From Octopus vulgaris (lineage: Eukaryota): a stretch of 64,000 nt of DNA. The stretch is from positions 23,064,001 through 23,128,000 of the forward strand of contig OX597826.1 in assembly GCA_951406725.2 (NCBI GenBank), read 5' to 3'. Positions 51,202 through 64,000 of this stretch are shown here, piece after piece; within the stretch, counting starts at the first letter, position 1, and the number at the start of each line of letters is the position of its first letter. The translations under genes were made by a program, and so were the position numbers. The notes below the pieces were generated by a model. The model was not told the origin of the DNA. It saw only the letters and a list, made by a program, of their open reading frames with translations, and did not search any database.

Positions 51202-51752
51202 TAAATAAATGGAGTTGAACGCAGATGTTATTCAAATTCTTTTACTTTCAACATATGTTTCAAAGACAACAAGACATTATAACAATTTTATAGAGTGATC
51301 TTACAAATGTAAGCACTGGCAGAAACATACCTTTAGCTCATATAAGTGATTTTTACCAGTCTTTATAGTTCGAAAATTTAGTTCAACTTGCACTTTACTT
51401 CAATAGAGAAATCTACTTCCAAGCCTTTGAACATTTTTTAACCAATATATCCCTCTTTATTCGTTCTCTACTAATTATTTCTTTACCCCTTCTCTTCCTA
51501 GGGTCTGCCTTTGACGTCGAATCTACTAATGGTTTTTTTAAAATACTTAATAGCGTTCTGTTTATTATTTATGCAGTCATCAAAATTGTTATAATGTCTT
51601 GTTGTTGAGATAGGTTCTCTTTCTTTCCTGATGAGAAGATTGCATTTATTACACAGTTTATTCCTTTGGAACAAAACCAATGTTGTCTTTGAAACATATG
51701 TCGAAAGTAAAAGAATTTGAATAACATCTGCGTTCAACTCTATTTATTTACT
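51199..51752 (+). mobile_element. Short Penelope-type insertion with inverted 5' pLTR piece
   Basis: 51199-51290 is an inverted (internally deleted) copy of 51582-51752; hammerhead in the direct copy. Confidence 0.7.
51623..51707 (+). ncRNA. Type I hammerhead ribozyme with canonical core
   Basis: CTTTC CTGATGA GAAGATTGCATT...AATGTTGTCTTT GAAAC ATAT GTC GAAAG; predicted cleavage after C51702. Confidence 0.85.
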
Positions 51753-51970
51753 TATACTATACAAATTACTGCACAATAACCCGGAGTTTCTACATTCTTG
51801 TTACTTGTGTGAATTTTGCTACCCAGGTAACTGTCTATTGAATTTGCCATGTTAACAGTAAACAAAGGATAAGTCATTCATCCATTTATATATATATATG
51901 TTTTAAAAAAATGAGACAATAAAGCCAAGGCAGTGTGAAATTTCTAGGACATTTTATAAAAAGAAAGGTA

Positions 51971-52018
51971 GTCTTACAACTGTTTCAGGGATATAAAAGA
52001 TATCCCATCATCAGAGAT
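51971..52018 (-). ncRNA. Minimal type I hammerhead ribozyme
   Basis: Minus strand ATCT CTGATGA TGGGATAT-CTTTT-ATATCCCT GAAAC AGTT GTA AGAC. Confidence 0.7.
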
Positions 52019-52059
52019 GATATGAGAAAGTTCTCTTTCGTATCATCTCTGATTCTTAT

Positions 52060-52915
52060 TGCAAGTTTTGAAGAGTATAGTTCAATTTTAACAGTTATTT
52101 TTTCAAAGTTATAATGGAAGTGACAAAGGATCATATTCGGCATATTTTTATGAGTTCAATAAAGGCAACAACGCAATGGAAAGTGCAAGAAATATTAATG
52201 CAGTATATGGGGATCAGACAATAAGTATAAGCCAGTGTTGACAGGGATTCCAGAAATTCCAAGTTGAAAACTACAGCCAAGAAGACAAGCCTCATCATGG
52301 AAGATCTGTAGAGCTCGACAAGAATGTCCTGCAAACCCTGGTGGAACAAAATCCCATTGTAACTGTTGAGGAACTAGCAGACAAGCTTGGATTTGGTCAT
52401 TCAAACATTCATTGATACCTGCGTGCCATCGGAAAAGTCAGCAAATTGGGTCAATGGGATCCTCACAAACTTTCCGAGTTTAATCACACACAGAGTAAAT
52501 GTGTGCTTTTCTTTGCTGTCACATCTCACAAACCAACCTTTTTTGGACCGAATAGTGACTGGCAACAAGAAATGTGTATTCTAAAAAAATGCCAAGCACC
52601 AAAGACAGTGGGTAGGGAAACACTAGCACCCCAGGCTAAAGAAGGTCTTCACCCACATAAGGTGTTGTTATCTGTTTGATAAGATATGAAAGGTTTTGTC
52701 CACTTTGAACTTTTAAACCCAAACTAATCGGTAACAAAGGAGATCTATTGTGATCAGCTTGAGTGGCTTAAGTCAGCACGAGAAGAAAAATGACTCTCTT
52801 TGGTTTCAAGAGGAAAAGGTTCTTCTATCAGGATAATGTTCAGCCACATACAGCAGGGATGACATCCCAAAGGCTGGAGCAGTTTGAATTGGAAACGATG
52901 CCCCACCCACCATAT
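52060..52915 (+). pseudogene. Decayed mariner transposase
   Basis: HIRHIFYEFNKGN.., QWDPHKLSE, FLDRIVTG, QDNVQPHTA..MPHPPY. Confidence 0.8.
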
Positions 52916-53340
52916 TGTCAGATCAGATTGAAGCCTGGTGCAGCCTCCTGGCTTGCCAGTTCTCAGTCAAACCATCCAACCCATGCCAGAATGGAAAACG
53001 GACATTAAACGATGATGATGATGAATGTAAAGGGAAGAAATTAGATACTTCAAAGGAATTCTTTCTAACCCTGCATCCAGTTTGCAAATTCAACATTTGG
53101 TTACTTACTTTAAAAACAGTTTTTTAAAATTTTTCTTATTTTCTATTTGTGTTATTTGTTTTTCATTTGTTTCAGTCATTAGATTGTGGCCATGCTGGGG
53201 CATTACCTTGAAGAATTTTAATTGAATGAGGGTACTTATTGTTGGTCACTTTTGCCAAAATCGTAAGTTATGGGAACGTAAACACACCAATACCAGTTGT
53301 TAGGTGGTGGCGGAGGACAAGCACAGGCATATATATTATA

Positions 53341-53726
53341 CTAGCAGTATCGCCCGGCGTTGCTCAGGTTTGTAAGGGAAATAACTATAAAGCATCTTTA
53401 GAGAGTTATAGCCAAAAAATAGCAAAAAAATGGAAAAAAAACGATGGTAAATTTTTTTTGAGAGTAAAAAAAGGTTGAGTTGCGTCCCCTAGACAGTCTG
53501 TGGTTTTTTTTTTTTTTATTCTCGACCCCATGTCGAATTTATCGATTTTTTTCAGAACTGGGGGAACTTTTCAAAATTTTCGCTGCGTTAGTTTTGAATT
53601 ATGACATTGGGCTATGCGTGTGTCAAGTTTCATCAGAATCGGTTGAAAGCCGTGGTCAGGGTGAGGGTACGAGAAAACAGACACACAGAAACACGCACAG
53701 ACAAACTGCCGTTTATATATAGAGAG

Positions 53727-53727
<1 letters not shown>
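53341..53727 (-). mobile_element. Non-autonomous Helitron (same family as 23953-24334)
   Basis: Reverse-complement match with TC...CTAG ends. Confidence 0.85.
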
Positions 53728-53757
<30 letters not shown>

Positions 53758-53986
53758 TATATATACGCTTTACTCTATTACTTGTTTCAGTCATTTGACT
53801 TTGGCCATGCTGGAGCACCACCTTTAGTCAAGCAAATCGACCCCAGGACTTATTCTTTGTAAGCCTAGTACTTATTCTATCGGTCACTTTTTGCCAAACC
53901 GCGAAGTTACAGGAACGTAAACACACCAGCATCGGTTGTCGAGCAATAGTGGGGGGGAGGACAAACACAGACACACAAACAAACAA

Positions 53987-54030
<44 letters not shown>

Positions 54031-57000
54031 GATGGCTGTCTACTTGTGACCGAGGAAGACCATTGCCATCCTTCAGGAACATTGTGCGCTCTAGGACTAA
54101 CTTATATTTTGCATTTGCGGCTCCATTGGTGGCTAATGAGCCCTGCTCTTGACAAGCATACACGACTGCAAACATTGCAGACCAAGCTTTCCCCATTCAC
54201 TATACGAGCCGTGCGCTTTCGCGTAGCTCGCTTAAGTTCTTCATGCTGGATATGTGCTCTCTCAAAAGTGTCGATCCCCTCCTTAACCTGCCTCCTCCAT
54301 CTGTGGCGATGACAGGCATTGTTCTCCCAGTTAGTATCCTGCATATCACAGGCCTTTAATGAGGACCTGACACAGTCCTTAAATCGCAGCCTTGGTTTCT
54401 GCCGGAGTCTCCTTCCATTCACAAGTTCTCCATAGAGCATCTGCTTAGGAATCCTTCTATCCTCCATTCTAATAAGGTGTCCAGTCCAACGCAACCGGTG
54501 CTTGTGTACCATCGCCTCAATACTCAAGATATCAGCTGTCCTCAGGATCTGTGTGTCTGGAATTTTTGAGGTTCAGCCAACATTGAGAATGTGTCTGAGA
54601 CATCTCTGATGAAAACGTTCAAGGACCCTTACCTGACATTTGTACAGAGTCCATGTCTCACATGAGTAGAGAAGCGATGTCAGTACACAAGCACGGTACA
54701 CAGCAACTTTTGTTCTCCTTGCAATGCCATGTTGGGACCAGACACGAGACTGAAGAGACCGGAAAGAATTAGTTGCTCTCTGCAACCTGAAAGATATTTC
54801 CTCATCCAGGGAGCAAGAACGGCTGAGTGTGCTGCCCAGGTAGACCAACTTGTCTACTACCTTCAGAATTGTTCCTTCAACCAAGATAGCTGGTTCTATA
54901 TATGGATTTCCTGGTGCAGGCTGGAACATTACAACAGTCTAGTCCAGGCTAATGCTGAGTCCAAATGCCCTGCAAGAAGCAGAAATGCAATTCATGAGTA
55001 TTTGCATGTCATCCACTGTATGAGTGACTAAGTCCCAGTCATCTGCATAAAGGAGGTCACGAATAATAGACTGGGAAACCTTTGAAATCGGTGAAGATTA
55101 AAGAGGCGGCCAGAAGATCGATACCTGACATATATTCCCAGAGAGCTAACCTTAGCAAAAGCATGAGTAAAAGTAGCAGCAAAGTACAAAGAAAAGAGAG
55201 TTGGGGCAAGGATGTCACTCTGCTTAACACCATTCTCTACAGGAATGGGTCCCGCCATGGCACCACCAACATTGACCCAAGCCTCCATCCCATCATGAAA
55301 TGATTTAATTATAGATACAAAGTGATCCGGACATCCAAGTTTGCCAAGTATTTTCCATAGAAAGGCCCTATTTACAGTATCAAAGGCCTTAGTTAAATCA
55401 ATGAATACCTGGACAAGATCCATATTCTGCTCATAGCACTTCTCCTGCATCTGTCTTGCTGTGAAAATCATATCCATTGTCCTTCTACCAGATCGGAAGC
55501 CACATTGAGATTCAGATAGGAAATCATTTACAAGACACCCATTCAGACGAGTAAGAAGAATATTTGCCAGAACCTTGCCAGCAGCTGATAGTAGAGCAAT
55601 ACCTCTGTAGTTACCACACATTGTTCTGGCTCCTTTTCCCTTATATAGAGGAAAAATAATTGCATCCTTCCAGTCCTTAGGGATTGCACTAACCCTCCAG
55701 ACTGCACTAATAAGTTCATGAAGGGACTGTGTGATGCAATTACCACCAAATCGCAAGACCTCAGCACAAATTCCATCCTTTCCAGGTGCCCTACCAAGAT
55801 TCAATTTACTTATTGATGTCATTACTTCATGTATTGATGGCGAGGAGTCTAAGGAGTCAATGATAGGTCTTTGTTTCATAGTATCAATCACTGTTTCATC
55901 CACAACTGACTCATGGTTTAGGAGTTCAGAGAAGAGTTCGATCCAGCGACCTGTGATTTCTGTTGATTTAGTAAACAGAGTGGAAGACTCCTTGGAAAGC
56001 AAAGGAGCTGATGTGGAGCTCTCAGGTCCATAAGCTCACTTCATAAGATGGTAAAGCTTCTTGCTGTCATTTGCATCAGCAGCAGCCTGAACATCACGAG
56101 CAAGATCCTCCCACCAAGTGTTTTGCATCTTCCTGAGAGATTGCTGCAGTAGTGATTTTACACTGTTATAGTGGGCAAGTGCTAGACTTCGCTGCACAGT
56201 AGACAGTTCTCTGTGCAGCAACACACTGTGGGCATGGCACTTTACCACTAATAGCCGTTGAATTTCAGCATCATTCTCATCAAACCAGTCTCTGTATCTC
56301 TCAGTAACATACCCCAGTGTTTCGGCTGCACATTGAACAACCTGGTCTCGAAAATCTTCCCATCCTGCAGCATTTTCAATGCTGGACAAGCGAGTCTGAA
56401 GCTCTTTCCTAACCACATCATATACCTTGTGAACATTTAGACGGCAAGGAATGCTGACTGGCCCTCTTCTCTCTTTCGCCCTAATCACCATTTGGAACTT
56501 TGCTCGCACCAGACTGTGGTCTGTCCAGCATTCTGATCCATGCAAGGACTTGACATTACAAATGTCATAAATGTCGCGCTTGCGGATGATGACGTAATCC
56601 AGCAAGTGCCAACCTTTGGACCTTGGATGCATCCATGTTGTGTGATCACCTTTGTGCACAAAATGAGTACTTGCAATGTAAAGTCCATGTTCTTCGCAAA
56701 GCTCCAGTAGCATGAGACCATTGCTATTCATTTTCCCTACTCCAAAACGTCCTAGAGAGCTCCATGTTTGCCAGTCTGTTCCAACTCTGGCATTAAAATC
56801 CCCCAGTAGAATGACTTTATCAGAATTGGGGATTTTTCTAAGTATGGCTCTCAGCTGGGTATAAAAGATTGTTTTATCTTCATCACAGCTAGTCAAAGTA
56901 GGTGCATAGGCACTTATTAGAGTAGCAAACTGCTTACCCTTCAAGTGCAACCGTAGGGTCATTATACGTTCATTTATAGGAACAGGGAGCTCTTCCAACT

Positions 57001-57720
57001 TCTTAAGGATATCAGATCGGACTGCAAAACCAGCACCAGCCTCTTTGCCTTCTGCCTTCCTTACCAAAATAAGGTGTATCCACCTCCTACTTCCTCAAGC
57101 TGACCATCACCTTCTTTAAGAGTCTCTGAGAGTGCAGCTATTTCAATTTTATAACCGTTCAGCTCACAAGCAACAAGTGCAGTGCGTCTTTCAGGCCTGC
57201 AATCACTCTTGTTGTCCAACAGAGTGCGCACATTCCAACATGAAATGTTTACATTCCGTCCAGATTTTATAGATAAAAAACTCTTCGTCAGTCGCGCTAA
57301 ACTGACCAGATATGGAAAGACAGGCAATTTTTGGTTCACCTTTTCTAGAACCTCCCCGGTCTCCAGGTGAGCAGTGCCCTCTCCAAATGGAGCTGCTCCG
57401 ACACCCATGCAGCACATTCCAACATGAAATGTTTACATTCTGTCCAGATTTTATAGATAAAAGACTCTTTGTTTTTCGAGCGCAGGGTGGACATTCGTCA
57501 GTCGCGCTAAACTGACCAGATATGGAAAGACAGGCAATTTTTGGTTCACCTTTTCTAGAACCTCCCCGGTCTCCAGGTGAGCAGTGCCCTCTCCAAATGG
57601 AGCTGCTCCGACACCCATGCAGCAACCGAATCCTACCGCTGTCTTGGGCGACGAGGAGACAACTTTATATCTAGCATGGGCCGCCTAAGTGCAGGTCACT
57701 GACTACATGCTTCCAACCCG
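54031..57720 (-). mobile_element. Near full-length RTE LINE (APE endonuclease, RT, C-terminal C2H2-like finger), disrupted
   Basis: WNVRTL..IAALSET, SAYAPT, LLGDFNARVG, WMHPRSKGWHLLDY, TDHSLV; APGKDG, NYRGIALL, QCGFR, FIDLTKAFD, GVKQ; CNVCSRVCLSRAGLISH. Inserted into the (TA)n tract of a SINE (53766-54030 / 57721-57900). Confidence 0.93.
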
Positions 57721-59487
57721 TATATATACATATATATGACAGGCTTCTTTCAGTTTCCGTCTACCAAATCCACTCACAAGGCTTTGGTCGGCCCGAGGCT
57801 ATAGTAGAAGACACCTGCCCAAGGTACCACGCAGTGGACTGAACCTGGAACCATGTGGTTGGTAAGCTAGCTACTTACCACACAGCCACTCTTGTGCCTA
57901 TATGATATATGTATATAACATATGCAGAATGCATGTTTGTTTATATATATGTACACACACATATATATGCACATACATATATCATCATTGTTTAACGTCT
58001 GCTTTCCGTGTTGGCATGGTTTGGATGGTTTGACTGAGGTCTGGCGAACCAGATGGCTGCAACAGACTCCAATTTTGATCTGGCAGAGTTCCTACAGCTG
58101 GATGCCCTTCCTAACACCAACCACTCCAAGAGTGTAGTGGGTGCTTTTTACATGCCACCAGCACAGAAGCTAGTCAGGCAAGCCTGGTATTGATTATGTT
58201 CGGATAGATATGTATATAACATATGCAGAATGCACAAGTTTGTTTATATATATATGTACACGCATACACACACACATATATATACATACACAATAAGCTT
58301 CTTTCAGCGTACATCAACCAAATCCACTCACAAAGTTTTGGTTGGCCCGAGGCTATAGCAGAATACACTTGCCCAAAGTGCCAAGCAGTAGGACTGAACC
58401 CAAGACCACTTGGTTGGGAAGCAGACTTCTTTTCGTGCAGCTATTGTTTTAATTATTAAATTGGTAGTAACCTTTTAGATCCACACACCAACATGATATT
58501 GCTTTGAATGTTACTAATGATGTTGTTGTAGATGTTGTTGTTGATAAGGCAGGATAATAGGTTGTTGACTGAGATGAGTTGATCAATAATACAAAGTAAT
58601 GGATTTGATGATTTATTCAATTGGTTTTCCATATATGGAGATCATGTTTTCAATGGAGTGGTGGATTGCAGACAGCAATAGCGTGGCGGAATGCAGAATT
58701 AGTTGAGAGCTACTTAGGCAAAAATATAATACATCATCACTTTACTTGTACTCCTTTATGTCCTGTGTTCAAATTCCACCAAAAGTAACATTGCTTTCTG
58801 GCTTTCTAAAGACGATGAAAGTAAGTTAGGCCATTCAAGTAGGAGGGCAGACATAGTTGGTTATATCACTGAAGGTGGTACCTCAGTATGGTCACTGTTA
58901 AATGATTAAAACTAGTAAAAGAATAAAGTATAGGGCTTCAGCACGTGATTTCTCAAAGGATATCTGGCTGCCATATTGATTAAGAAGAGCAACTACAGAC
59001 AATATATCCTCTCAAGTTAACTTGCATTTGTATGCAAATGTGTGTGTGTGTGTGTGTGTGTCTGATGAGAAGTTTGCTTCCCAACCACAGTTTCAGGTTC
59101 TGCTCCACAGCATGGCACCTTGGGCAAGAGTCTTTTACTATAAATCTGAACCAGTCAAAGCGTTGTGAATGGATATGGTAAACAAAAACAGAAAGAAGTC
59201 CATGTATATGTATGTATACATGTATGTGTGTGTGTGTGTGCGCGTGCGCACACGCATTTACGAATTTGTTTTGCAAGATTCCTGACATGAAATCGTGTAT
59301 TGAAACAGATATTGTCATATTTTAGGATGATCATTTTTTTTTTATCATAGAAAGACAGAATGAGCTGCATGGAATGAACAGAGCAGGAGGATACACATGA
59401 ATGGAAGAGTCACTGAAGAGGTTACAGATGAAAGATTTCCAGACAATGGACATGAGATAAAATAAGAACAATAATAAACGAGTGAAG

Positions 59488-60438
59488 AATTTCTCTCTCA
59501 TATTTTCCTTCAAATTGACTTCTCTGATACTTTCAAACCTACTTTCTTGCTATCACGATTTTTCAGTACCCTCTATTCATATTTTCTTTCAGTTTTCAAC
59601 ATACCATTCATGTAATGTTTTTCGTTTAGCCTTGTCTCGTCTCCCTATTTGCTCCCATTTCATAGCCACTCATCGTCTCCCCTAAAAATTGACTTCTCTG
59701 ATACTTTCAAACCTACTTTCTTGCTATCACGATTAACAGAATCCTCTTGCTAGTTTGGGGTCCAGTTAAGACTTCCTTGACGAACTCAGATTTTAGATTT
59801 TACCTCTCTCTCTCCAAGCCTATCTTAAGTATCAAATAATAAATATTATCGACACTTTCGTCTTGTTCCACTATGCCAGTCAAAACCCATCGCACAGCTT
59901 CCACACATGTGTTCCTTGACCATTTCTCCCCCCCCCCCTCCTCCCCAAACTAACCCTGTCCCTCTCCCTATGTCTTCTATATGCCCCTGTCTTCGATAAC
60001 CACCATCGCCATATATAAACCAGCGACCGCAAATCGCTAAGCCCACTCGCTTTCGACTCCACTACGAATGCACAGCTCATGAACGGCTAAAAGTTAAGAT
60101 TTCTTCTTTCAACCTCGCTCCTACTACCCTCTGCACGTATAATCACTATTCCTTCAGTTCCTTCAATTTCTCTCTCATATTTTCCTTCAAATTGACTTCT
60201 CTGATACTTTCAAACCTACTTTCTTGCTATCACGATTTTTCAGTACCCTCTATTCATATTTTCTTTCAGTTTTCAACATACCATTCATGTAATGTTTTTC
60301 GTTTAGCCTTGTCTCGTCTCCCTATTTGCTCCCGTTTCATAGCCACTCATCGTCTCCCCTAAAAATTGACTTCTCTGATACTTTCAAACCTACATTCTTG
60401 CTATCACGATTAACAGAATCCTCTTGCTAGTTTGGGGT
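59488..60438 (+). repeat. 274 bp direct repeat pair (59488-59761, 60165-60438) upstream of the RTE ORF
   Basis: Near-identical copies, each with an internal ~48 bp duplication AAATTGACTTCTCTGATACTTTCAAACCTAC..TCACGATT. Confidence 0.9.
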
Positions 60439-60633
60439 TGACCCGCCCACCCACCCCCTCTACACATGCCGGAAGTTCCTATTCTTTTCATCCCTGGGTT
60501 GCTTCCCTTGAAGACTGCAAATGCTCTTTCACCATCCCTACCCCTAGTTTCGACCTAGGTAAGGTAATGATCATACAGTGCAAAATATGAATGGGTAGTA
60601 TTACGCAGGTTGAATTGAAGGCTACTGTATTAC

Positions 60634-63600
60634 TTGCTCATGAATTCTGCCAAATGCGAGCTTTCTTTTCAGGTACATGAAGCTACTGTCCACCGACGCA
60701 GGGTCTCTAGGGCCCATACCTCCCACACCCTCAGGGTTGGCACCCTCAATGTTGGCACACTGAAAGGTAGGTCTGGCGAGATAGTTGAGATGCTTGAACG
60801 GAGACGTGTGGATATATGTTGTATGCAAGAAGTAAGGTGGAGAGGAGGTTCTGCTAGGTTCCTCACAGGCAAGGAACACAGGTACAAGATTTTCTGGGCA
60901 GGGAACACTGACGGGGTTGGAGGCGTGGGTATACTTATCGCTGAGAAATGGGTAGATAAAGTAATTGAGGTAATCAGAGTATGCGACAGAATACTTAAGA
61001 TTAGATTAGCGCTTCATCATAGTTTAGCAACCATTATATCAGCCTATGCTCCTCAGTCGGGGCTACATGATGGACAGAAAGACCGATTCTATGACACTCT
61101 ACTGCAGACTACCTCGTTGACGAACGACAGAGACCTTCTCTTTGTGGCTGGTGACTTCAATGGTCACGTTGGACGACATGCTGGGGGCTTCCACGGCGTA
61201 CATGGAGGCTATGGCTCTGGTTCCCGCAACGAGGAGGGAACCAGGCTGCTGGAGTTCTGCGATGCAAATAATCTTATGATTTGCAACACTAACTTCAGGA
61301 AACCTACCAGCCACCTAGTCACCTACCGATCAGACTAACATACCAGCCAAATTGACTACATCCTTGCCAGGCAAAGGGAGAGATGGCTACTTATAAATGC
61401 CAAAACCTTCCCAGGCGAAGAATGCACCCCACAACATAGACTGGTAGTTAGTGACTTTAGGATCAGGAGTAGGAGGACAACCAGAAGACGACCAACATGG
61501 AGAAGAAGGATCTGGAAGCTTAAGGATCCTGTGAATGGACAGAGATTTAGAGACATGTTACTTGAAGCCTTTGACGAAGTAGAAGGGGATAGTGTATCAC
61601 ATGGGGTAGAGGACAACTGGACGTTTCTAAGGGACAACCTGCTGAGAGCCACTGACCAGATCTGTGGCTGGTGCAAAGTCCCCTCTCGTCCCAAGGTAAC
61701 GTGGTGGTGGAACAGTGTCGTAGACAGGACTATTAGAGAAAAGAGACAGACTTGGAAGCACTGGAAGAATGGTGGTAGCAGGGAATTGTATCAGACTGCT
61801 AAAAGAGAAGCTAGGAGACAGGTCTATCTAGCCAGAGGGGAAGCAGATAAGAAAAAATTTGCCAATGTTCTGCGCCATGAGGACCAAAGACTGGAGGTGT
61901 TTCGCGTTGCAAGACAATGTGTGAGAGAGAATTGTGATGTGGTGGGAGAGAAGTGTGTTCGCATGGAAGATGGTTCACTTGCGCTAAACGAGGATGCAAA
62001 GAGAGAGGCTTGGAGATGCCACTATGAAAGGTTGCCGAATAAAGAAAATGAATGGGATAAAGAGAGTCTGCCGAACGTTGACCCAACAGAGGGACCAGCT
62101 ATCAGGGTTGATAGTTCCTTAGTAGCTAAGGCAATTAGAAGCATGAAGACAGGGAAAGCCCCAGGCCCATCAGGTATCACTGCAGAGATGCTCAAAATAT
62201 CTGGTAGTGTCGGCTATAGCCTAGTCACCTGTATAGTTAATCAGGTGATACATGAAGGAGTCATACCCAATGACTGGTGTAGCAGCATAATAGTCAACTG
62301 CTACAAAGGTAAAGGTGATGCCCTAGATACAAATAATTACAGAGGTATCAAGCTGTTGGATCAGGTGATGAAGGTTACAGAGAGGGTCATAAGCCAACTA
62401 ATTAGAGAGAGAGTTAGTTTAGATGAGATGCAGTTTGGTTTCGTGCCAGGGAAAAGTACCACTGATGCTATATTCCTGGTAAGGCAGCTGCAGGAGAAAT
62501 ACCTAGCCAAAGATAAGGCCCTGTACCTGGCTTTTGTTGACATGGAGAAAGCCTTCGACAGGGTCCCCCGATCCCTCATATGGTGGTCAATGAGGAAACT
62601 AGGAATAGAAGAATGGTTAGTGAGAGCTGTGCAAGCCATGTACAGGGACGCTGCTAGTAAGGTGAGGGTTGGAAATGAGTACAGTGAAGAATTCCGGGTA
62701 GAGGTAGGGGTCCACCAAGGCTCAGTCCTCAGCCCCCTCCTATTTATCATAGTCCTCCAGGCAATAACGGAGGAATTCAAGACAGGATGCCCCTGGGAAC
62801 TCCTCTATGCTGATGACCTTGCTCTAATTGCTGAGTCATTATCAGAACTGGAGAAGAAGTTTCAGGTGTGGAAGCATGGTTTAGAATCGAAAGGCCTTAG
62901 AGTCAACCTAGCTAAAACCAAAGTCGTAATAAGTAGGAAGGTAGACAAATCACAAACGCCTTCAGGTAGATGGCCCTGCTCGATCTGTAGAAAAGGTGTA
63001 GGTAGAAACTCTATAAGATGCACCAAGTGTAAGCTATGGACACATAAGAGGTGCAGCAATGTCATAGGAAGGCTAACTAGGAAGATGGTTTTTGTATGTG
63101 GCAGATGCTCGGGAGCATTAACCTCTGAAAATCTGCAGAAAACAACTTCCGTCACTTTCCAGGGGAAAAAACTAGAAGTGGTTGATAGCTTCCGTTATCT
63201 TGGTGACCAAGTCAGTAGTGGGGGTGGGTGTGCTGAAAGTGTAACGGCTAGAGTAAGAATAGCCTGGGCAAAGTTTAGGGAGCTCTTACCTCTGTTGGTG
63301 ACTAAAGGCCTCTCCTTCAGAGTAAAAGGCAGACTGTATGATGCATGTGTACGAACAGCCATGCTACATGGCAGTGAAACATGGGCTGTGACTGCTGAGG
63401 ACATGCGTAAGCTCGCGAGAAATGAAGCTAGTATGCTCCGTTGGATGTGTAATGTCAGTGTTCATAGTCGACAGAGTGTAAGTACCTTGAGAGAAAAGTT
63501 GGACCTAAGAGGAATCAGATGTTGTGTGCAAGAGAGACGATTGCGCTGGTATGGTCATGTGGTGAGAATGGATGAAGATAGGTGTGTGAAAAAGTGCCAC

Positions 63601-63762
63601 ACCCTGGCAGTTGAGGGGACCTGTGGAAGAGGTAGACCCAGGAAAACCTGGGTCGAGGTGGTGAAGCACGACCTTCGAACTCTAGGTCTCACCAAGGAAA
63701 TGACCAGAGACCGAGACCTATGGAAGTATGCTGTGCGTGAGAAGACCCGGCAAGACCAGTGA
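60634..63762 (+). pseudogene. RTE LINE ORF (APE endonuclease, RT, PHD-type finger), one in-frame stop
   Basis: TLNVGTL..CMQEVRW, SAYAPQ, AGDFNGHVG, QIDYIL; KAPGPSG, NYRGIKLL, QFGF, FVDMEKAFD, GVHQGSVLSP, LYADD; TAA at 61336-61338 is the only interruption seen. Confidence 0.93.
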
Positions 63763-63814
63763 GAACAATCAAAATCAAATCATATATCAGAAAGCAGGGG
63801 TTAAGTGACCCATC

Positions 63815-64000
63815 TGTTCGTGTCCGCTGTCAGCCTCGTCTGGCACCCGTGCCGGTGATACGTAAAAGCACCATTCGCTCATGGCCGTTTGCCAGCTCTG
63901 CCTGGCCCCGTGTCGGTGGCACGTAAAAGCACCATCCGTTCGTGTTCGTTGCCAGCCTCGCCTGGCCCCATGCCGGTGACACGTAAAAACACCGTCCGTT
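63815..64000 (+). repeat. ~60 bp tandem repeats in the RTE 3' UTR
   Basis: GCCAGC..GCCTGGCCCC.TGCCGGTG.CACGTAAAAGCACC repeated about three times; related sequence lies in reverse next to the truncated tails elsewhere (e.g. 28450-28590). Confidence 0.8.

Noticed and set aside
57620-57720. HDV-like ribozyme at the RTE 5' end (TCCTCGT loop-like motif on the minus strand)
   Set aside because: P3 and P1.1 pairings do not fit by eye; would need a structure-descriptor search.

Overview
AT-rich, microsatellite-dense eukaryotic DNA with no host gene that I can support. The SINE/LINE repertoire looks cephalopod, probably Octopus (inference). The window is almost entirely nested transposable elements: tRNA-derived SINEs, RTE LINEs (two near full length), an RLE-type LINE tail, Penelope-like elements with several hammerhead ribozymes, a young non-coding LTR element with a tRNA-Trp PBS, mariner, pogo, piggyBac, hAT and Academ-like remnants, and Helitrons. 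The most notable observation is an ORF1-only (CCHC knuckle, no RT/EN) non-LTR element family plus a ~345 bp mini-derivative. These sit head-to-tail, always at the motif AAGTAGCTTGCT just downstream of the A box of a tRNA-derived SINE head. The element's 5' end mimics its target and carries a DPE-like motif spaced +28 from an A inside the target. The array appears to have been split by an ~8 kb inversion (3751-11792). All alignments and RNA folds were done by eye.
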